From contig NC_042998.1 of the NCBI RefSeq assembly GCF_006345805.1, positions 101,742,001 through 101,806,000 of the forward strand: 64,000 nt of DNA, written 5' to 3'. Both the position numbers and the translations under genes were made by a program. Of the stretch, positions 56,301-64,000 are shown one piece after another (position 1 is the stretch's first letter; each line of letters opens with the position of its first letter). The notes beneath the pieces were generated by a model. The model saw only the letters and a program-made list of their open reading frames with translations. It was not told where the DNA came from and ran no database searches. The stretch is from Octopus sinensis. Taxonomy: Eukaryota.

Positions 56301-56878
56301 AACAAAATAGTATTAGGTACAGGTATTAATACAATCTACTGGTCCTTCCTCAAAAGTTGAGATCTTGTATATCTAAGAGCAAGAAATCAATATTTACGCT
56401 TCAATTGGATCTCTTCTATTCCCAATCATTATTGTGTCATACGCCAGGATGTATACATAATGCAGTGTTATATATAATGCACTATTATACATTTGCACTG
56501 TTATTTCTAAATTAGTGGTTGTGATGCAGTCAGACACAGAACATTATAATTATTGGTTTGCTGGATAAAAGCTGTCTTTCGTATGAACAACAACAAAAAC
56601 AACGATATTGATGGTTATTGATGTACATCGAAAATAGATATATTACGTTGCCAGAATTATTCCTTTGTAGCCTGGTGATTGCGCATAAGCTCAGACAAAC
56701 CTAAAAGGAGAAACAAAGGACATTTGTTTCTAAGTATTACCGTTTACGCAACTTCATAGCGGCGCTGTCATTGGCTACAATATCGATTTCTAAGACGATC
56801 ACACAATGATTCAGATTTTAGGAGAACTGCTTCTGGTATCAATTCTCCAGAAACAGCAGCAATTTGAACTCGGAATAC

Positions 56879-57015
<137 letters not shown>

Positions 57016-57796
57016 ATATATCTGTATGTCTGCCTGTCACTCTGTCTGAGTATCTAATTATTCTATCTCTTCATCTGTATATGCGTTAATATAACATGCA
57101 TCTAGTGATTATACATACATATACATATATATAAATATATATGTATGTATACATATGTGTGTGTGTTCGTATGTCTCTGTATCTGTGTAGTTTGTATCAA
57201 ATAATCTTCTTTAACAAGGTACGTCTTATGTCAATTCATTTTGTTTATATGATGCCTATAGATATGAATTCTTAGAATATTGTATGCGTTGTGATTTCAA
57301 GCACTCTCATTGATTAAAAACACCCCTTACATAAAATTAATTGTACTGCCTAATTTCTTGTGAGTCTATCTTTTCAGCCCGTATTTCGGCGATTCCAAAT
57401 TATATTACCGTATCAGAATACACCGAGGAGGTTACCTGTCGTTGATCTATAATATGAACTATCGTCTTTTATACAGTTTTTATCCAACCGCTCATTGCCC
57501 CAACAACTACGCTGTATAATGTGTCGAAATGACTGACTGTTTTTAGGCGTATTACAATAACGTGACATAAGGCAAATATTCATTTAAACAATTTGATGTG
57601 CCATAAGATAAAATCTATTACATATTTCATGATTTATTTATTTTGTATATTTTTCGTCCATCCATTTGATGGATTCACGTAGACTTAAGTTATAATAAGA
57701 ACCATGTTTTGAGTGGTTGTTTACACCCAATGACTAAATATCTTGCTCAGATAACTAAAATTATAAACTTACCCTGCAAATCTCTCTATCTATCTC

Positions 57797-57906
<110 letters not shown>

Positions 57907-57907
57907 C

Positions 57908-57987
<80 letters not shown>

Positions 57988-58102
57988 GTCTACCTGTCTG
58001 TCTGTCTGTCTATCTGCCTGTCTCTCTGTCTGTCTATATGCATTGCTATTTACCTTTATACTTAAACACACACACACACACACACGCACACACGGGCACA
58101 CA

Positions 58103-58175
<73 letters not shown>

Positions 58176-59319
58176 GGCTGCTCTCGTGTAAAGTGACATA
58201 TGAGTACTCAGCAGCAGTTTCTTGAGTGCAAAGGTCATGCTAGCAGAAGTCTCCAGTTGTATCCTTTGTCTGTTGTGTTTTTCTTACTTTTGTTGCCACA
58301 GAAAGTTGTACAGAAAAGCGAAAAGTCTTAACATTGGTACCGAACAAATTGCAAAAGGAATTAATTTCAATCCAGTACATTTGTGAAGTGCGCATACTGT
58401 ATATTCATCCTGATTGTGTAACCTGAACCGATACACAGTACGTTAGTTATCGGATACAGTCGGGTTTTTGATGAAAGGTCGAGACGCAAAACCCATACTG
58501 TTTGATGCTATTCTCCTTTACCGTTTGCCGTCTACATAGTATGCGATGTTCCCCTTTGTGATGTATGTCTCATACTGACAAATATAAAGCTAAACAAACA
58601 CAATTCGTAATACATTGAGTTTTATCTCATTCAGTAATGTAATGTATCAACCTATCCACTGACATCTCTGACATCATTAACACGTCAAAATATGCTGTAA
58701 GGCTTAACCACACGAGAGGCTTGTAATTGACAATTAATTTCTTAAATTTTCTTGATTGCCTCCATGAATTTTTCAGCTGAAAATACCGCGGAAAATCATT
58801 ACCATACTAACCCAATGTGAAGTGGTGTGCAAGAACATGTCCCAATATGCAACTTCTAAGTTGTCTGCAATCGAATACAATTCATTGCTGTTACGAATGG
58901 TTGTAACACACACATTTCTTAGAATCTTTAGAATGTTGGATATAATGCTAAAATACGCTGCTTTATTCTATTCGTTTTCGATTCTGCTACTTGAGATCAA
59001 ATTCCGTCTAGTTCAACTTTACTTCCATATTTTGGAGATAATACAGAAAGGGCCAGTCGAGTACAGGTGTGAATTCTGCTGTTTCTTTTCTTTATCACTC
59101 GTTCTGTCTAGACTGTACAGAGTATTCAAATATTCAGACTTGCCCCATATTTGATCTGATAATTTCATTAATGGAACATGTGTTCGTGAAATACTCAGTC
59201 GAATATTTATCGTAGAAACTAATAGACGATACCGCATATCACACAAAGATTTAAATTTCCATATGAAATTGTCTCTTGACGAATCACAGAAATATGCACT
59301 ATAGGATTTATACATGACT

Positions 59320-59800
59320 TATTGTTACAAATTGTATAGACTTATCCATGGAGACTTTTCCATCACCATACATAGTTTCTGTTTCCAACCACCGTCTGTT
59401 GCACATACAAAATGTTTCCAAATCAGACCGTACATTGTTAGTACTTTCTTCATATCTTTAAAAATATCTATACATATTGTCTTTTCATACATGTTATTCA
59501 CTGCTGCTATTCTTTTTTTCAATTACTTTAAAATTTAAGATTTAGAGCAACACCAACATGTCAGACATAGTTAATGATTAATCAGCTGTTAGAGTAAACC
59601 AAACAGGAAATCTTTCGCTTTGTTTCACTGGATCAAGATATTGTCTAATATGATTTCGAATTTTACTTAAGACTATCATTAATTCCTCTAGTGAACAATA
59701 GGAACACCAAATTGTCAGCCGCATATGTCGACTCATCAAATACTAGAAGAGTACTGGGATCGATGTCATCGATTTCGCTGTCCCTCAGAATAATAGCTGG
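59320..59800 (-). pseudogene. hAT (SPIN/GTF2IRD2-like) transposase relic
   Basis: VFDEST..FLLFTRGIND, then DIFKDMKKVLTMYGLIW..CATDGG. Confidence 0.7.
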
Positions 59801-60589
59801 TCTTGTACCAAAATGAGAAATGAATATTTAAACGATTTATCCCTGTAATATGCTAACTACACATTATTCAATACGTTGTTATTTCCTATTTATAAAATAT
59901 TTCATCTCCAATTTTCCTTAAAGGAGCAATCTTCAGAATTATATTTTTATAAGTTTAGTGAAATACAAGCTATAAAATGAATTACGATACTGAAAAGGAA
60001 ATAGAACAGATTACAAATCATAAAATTAAGTAACAAGATGCTTCAATAAAAATGCATTTAGAAAATGCATTAAGCATATTTTCATATTTATTAAAATCAA
60101 ATTTTACGATACTTTTCTGCTTTTCTACATAAATAACATCAATTGCTTGTCTCTTGTCGAGAAGTGGTTCAGCAAATTTACTATTTATCAACGATTATAT
60201 TAAGACGATTAGAAATGTAGTTGGACAGCCACACATTTAACTTATGTACTACTTTTGAAAAAGAGTAAGCAGAGAATTGCTCTGTTGAGGATGACGGAGC
60301 CAAATAGTGAATGATGTTATGTTTGTTTTGCTTTTACAAGCAAAATGTCAAGCACAGTAGAAGGCTATATTCTTTCATATAAAACAGGTGAAAAATTTAT
60401 AAATGTCACTGATCTCAGTGAGGTAATCATTACATATTAAATAGAGTAAAAGACAGCAGAATGTAGGGAAGGATTAGAATATTAGTTTGGGTTAATGCAA
60501 TTTTTAATTTTTTAAAAATCTAATAGTAGGAGAAATGGAGTAAAGATTTAGCAACGTTTTGAAACATGAAACATGAAAATCATCACAAT

Positions 60590-61004
60590 ATATTTGAACA
60601 ATATCGAAATTTTATTAATCAAAGTAAGTACCATTACAGTCAACACGTTTTGCCAATGAATTACAAGTTTGTTTATTTCAGTAACATAAAAATCTGCAGT
60701 TCTGGAGCTGACGAACTCTTTGAACGCACTTTAAGCATCGGTTTGATTTTTGAACTCCTCTCGCAGAAACAAAATCAAGGTTTTTGAAAATGAGGTAGTG
60801 GGTAGGAGAAACGTTTGGGGAATAAGCTGATTGGGGAAGAACTTCGTAACCAATTTCTCTCACCTCCTGGAGCGTCATTCGTTAAACGTGTAGTCGAGCA
60901 TTGTCATGAAGAATGATTGGCTCTCTTCTGTTGACCAGACTGTAATTGAAGAGTATCAGTTTTTTGTTCATTTTGGCAATTCCTTGCCAATATGTTTCTG
61001 CCGC
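60590..61004 (-). mobile_element. Mariner transposase 3' fragment
   Basis: LVNRREPIILHDNARLHV, EIGYEVLPQSAYSPNVSPTHY. Confidence 0.85.
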
Positions 61005-61930
61005 TGGTGTTGCCGTGTGACAGAGAAGCTTGAATGCCTGATGACACTCCGCTTGCCAAGGTCCTAGTTCACAAGGTCCTAGTTTACTCAAACTAGTAAG
61101 CCCAGGAAGTAATGATCGAACGAATAGAGACCACAACAGTTCATCCAGATAGAGCCACAGATGCTTCAGCCTCAGCGCATGTCTCCGCATCAACAGCTAA
61201 GGCATCATTTTCCCACGCCTTACAAGCGGACTTCTATTCCTCCACAAAAAGTTGAAGAGCAGACGCTCTAAATTGATCAGTGACTTACGGGGGAAATTCT
61301 CGATGTTTAGGCGGTAGGTAATCACAGAAGCGATAAACATTCCTGCGACCTCGGTCCTTTCAGGGATCGCCACCGCTCGGACCAGGTCTAATTTAGGTGG
61401 GTCACCCTGCTCGTCTCCTCGCTCCACTTCTTCTCTATCTCTATGAAATTAACCGGCCCCTCCGTGTAACGCCCTACGAGGATGTTGAGCTGTATCGTCT
61501 TGCCTCTCCAGGCGCTGAGTTGCAAGGTGACTGATTTACCTCGGTTAACTTTTCCTCCATTCAATATGTGATCACTGTAGCTGACATAGTGAAATTGTGG
61601 ACGACTAACTAGGTTTATTGTCCATTTCGCTAATTAGAATCCTGTCTAAATAAGATCGGTATTAGTCTATATCCACAATGGATCATCTGCGACATCTAGT
61701 CTGTACCCCTCTGCCAGCTGAAATCGACTGAGTAGATTACTGAAGAACGGGTTCCTTCCCCTATCAGTAGACGAGCGGACGTAATCTACGCGTGCATCGC
61801 AGAATACGTTAAAGAAACCTAACATTACTATGATATGAGACCTTACCGCTGTTTAGTGTCTCGTCAAGGACCACCAACCTGCATTCTGCTGAAAAGCGCC
61901 ACAGTCTGGTCACATCAGGGAAAGTAATAA
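61005..61930 (-). mobile_element. Internally deleted Tx1/L1-clade LINE (APE fragment joined to post-RT region)
   Basis: FQLAEGYRLD..YLDRIL..FHYVSYSDH, then FIASVITYRL and MMRRHALRLKHLWLYLD. Confidence 0.8.
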
Positions 61931-61934
61931 TATT

Positions 61935-62175
61935 GTTTGAGGCAGATGCAGCTTGGCTGAGAACCAGTATCACTGTGACGATGACTTAATATCTGCTGAT
62001 GATGGCGTTTTTGACAAACACAATGAAAGCTTCTTTACCAATGGGACCCAAGCATTGCAACACCAATGCAAGACGTGTGCAGACTGTATAGAGCACTTTA
62101 AAAAGTAAACCTCATTTCGTCACATTCCATGGGAATACCTTAGTCAGCCTATGTACTTTTCAGCTGACTTGACGT
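61935..62175 (+). mobile_element. Mariner C-terminal fragment and right TIR
   Basis: DDLISADDGVFD..QALQHQCKTC; tcagcctatgtacttttcagc TIR-like end. Confidence 0.65.
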
Positions 62176-64000
62176 GATAAGGAAGTAACTTGGCTGGTTA
62201 CTTCGGACGAAGTAGGACTCACTCATTAATGACGTTTTAAGTGATGTCTGTAACCTTAGAAAAGAGAAATGGAAGTAGAGACCACAGGTTGTTGGGCTGT
62301 AACTTGAGAACATGTATTCTGGCATATTCACTAATATTTCGTTATGGTTAAGAGGTCTATAGCTTCTTTGGTTGCTGTCGTAAATTTTGTGAGGTCTGCT
62401 TAGGATTTGCTGTTGTTGGTGTTGTTGAGTTTCAAAGAAGACTTCATTAAGCAATCCTTTCATCGAAAGCAGTTAAATCCTGACCATGAGACAGTCCGAA
62501 ATGTACACAAGAGGGCTTTGTTCAATGTCTCTGTTTCTTGTCTGTGGAACTTAAGTTGTGATTTGTTGGAGATTAGGGTAATGGAGCCAGCAAAGAAAGG
62601 TGATCATAGAGACGCTCTATTTTTGGTTCATTTTCAAGCTGTATGCATCTTATTATTTTTTAGGGCTGTAGAACATACCCGGAAGGTAATCTTCCTATAC
62701 GGCTTTTATATCATATTCAATTCTTTAATCACATTTCAGCCTTCACTAAGTAGAGCTATGATTCACGGCATTGCAGCCGTGATTATCCAAATTTAAAACT
62801 AAATTAAAACGTATCCAGAGCACATCATCGCATGTGTATTAATTTCTTACCGTTCGGACAGGCGCTCATAAAAATGTGGTAGTAAGTGTATCAGATAGAA
62901 CTGCAATATAGCAGATTCTCCAAGGGCCCTTTTCACTGGAATAACAATGTGGTTGAATGATTTCTCTTTCAGTATATGTGTAAGTTTTGTAATGAGTGTT
63001 CCCTATATGCGTGAGTATCTTAGTGTCTTTATTTGTATAGAGTAAACATTGAAATTTGGTTTTCTTTTTCATGTTTTGCGTTTATCTTGACTTACTCATT
63101 GAGCAGACCTATGACCAGTGACATTACAATAATTGGTCTACAGCTTTTGCCTTGTCCCTCTGTTATCTTAACATTATTTCAGCCGTAAACTTCATGGCTC
63201 TCAGTAAAATTGAATTTTAAAATATTTTTTTGTTTATAAGACGTCAATGTATAACTGAGGGGAGCTGACATTTGATTCGAGAAAAGAGAGAAAGAACGCG
63301 TACGCTCTTGTTATTGCTTTTTGTTGTTGTCGTTTCTGATTGTAAAGAACACTGTGTGGTTATTATCGTTCTGCTTGTTCATGGTAATCGCAGATATAAT
63401 ATTAGAAAGGATATCAAAATCACTTTCTATAATTGTCAACTTTGTTGTTGTTATGGTTAAGCGCTACAATAAATCACTTACAGTGAACTTATGATTTAAA
63501 ACAAGATTCAAGTCGTGAGTATTTCTTCCTTTTAGGAGGTGTATATAACTACATGATTTAATCTGTTCTTTATTTAAGATCGTGGGAAGTTAGTGAAGCG
63601 AGATTTGGTTGCCATTTTTGTAAAAGGAAGTCGAAAACAATGAAAAATCTGCGTTGGTTCTCGCTTTTGTTGCATGCTACTGTTGTCTAGACCTGAGTTC
63701 TTTTTATGATGTTATGTTCTCAGTTGGAGGAGATCTGGTATTCGTGCTGTTACTGTTTAGTAACCTCAGGTCAAACGTGATTAAGCGAATCACAATGATA
63801 ATTCTTCTTTAACCTATTCTCTCAGATCGAAAATGCTCGAAGTGAAGAGCAAAATAAGATCACGATGACCAGGATACTAAATCGTGTCTCGGTGTGATCT
63901 TAGTTGGAGTCCATAACCTCATTCTTTCTATAAAAGATTCACACTTTTTGAGATATCACTAAATTAAATCAAAAGTGCTAATATGTTTGAGTGAACATAT

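Noticed and set aside
58457-58502. Hairpin containing TGATGA (SECIS, box C or hammerhead-like)
   Set aside because: SECIS spacing and helix II do not fit, there is no box D, and no GAAA core or stem I

Overview
AT-rich, microsatellite-saturated eukaryotic DNA. The tRNA-derived SINE types and repeat make-up resemble an octopus (coleoid cephalopod) genome; this is inferred, not database-checked. No intact multi-exon gene is recognisable, and most ORFs in the track are translations of simple repeats. The window is mainly transposon debris: an R4/Dong-clade RLE non-LTR element sitting between TAA arrays (49.4-52.7 kb), three Tx1/L1-clade LINE fragments, an isolated zinc-knuckle ORF1, a Penelope RT/GIY-YIG relic plus several Penelope-type minimal hammerhead motifs, an internally deleted Helitron RepHel, mariner, maT and hAT transposase relics, CR1 ends, many SINEs and palindromic MITE-like elements. 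The best host-gene signal is at 17.1-18.6 kb: two divergent short first-coding-exon candidates (minus MDSGDNLQLSEKFN, plus MVNSEEE) on either side of a T-rich to A-rich strand switch, suggesting a bidirectional promoter whose long first introns could fill the rest of the window. I found no convincing wholly new system. The best leads are RNA-structure elements, the TAA-targeted RLE element and the candidate head-to-head promoter.
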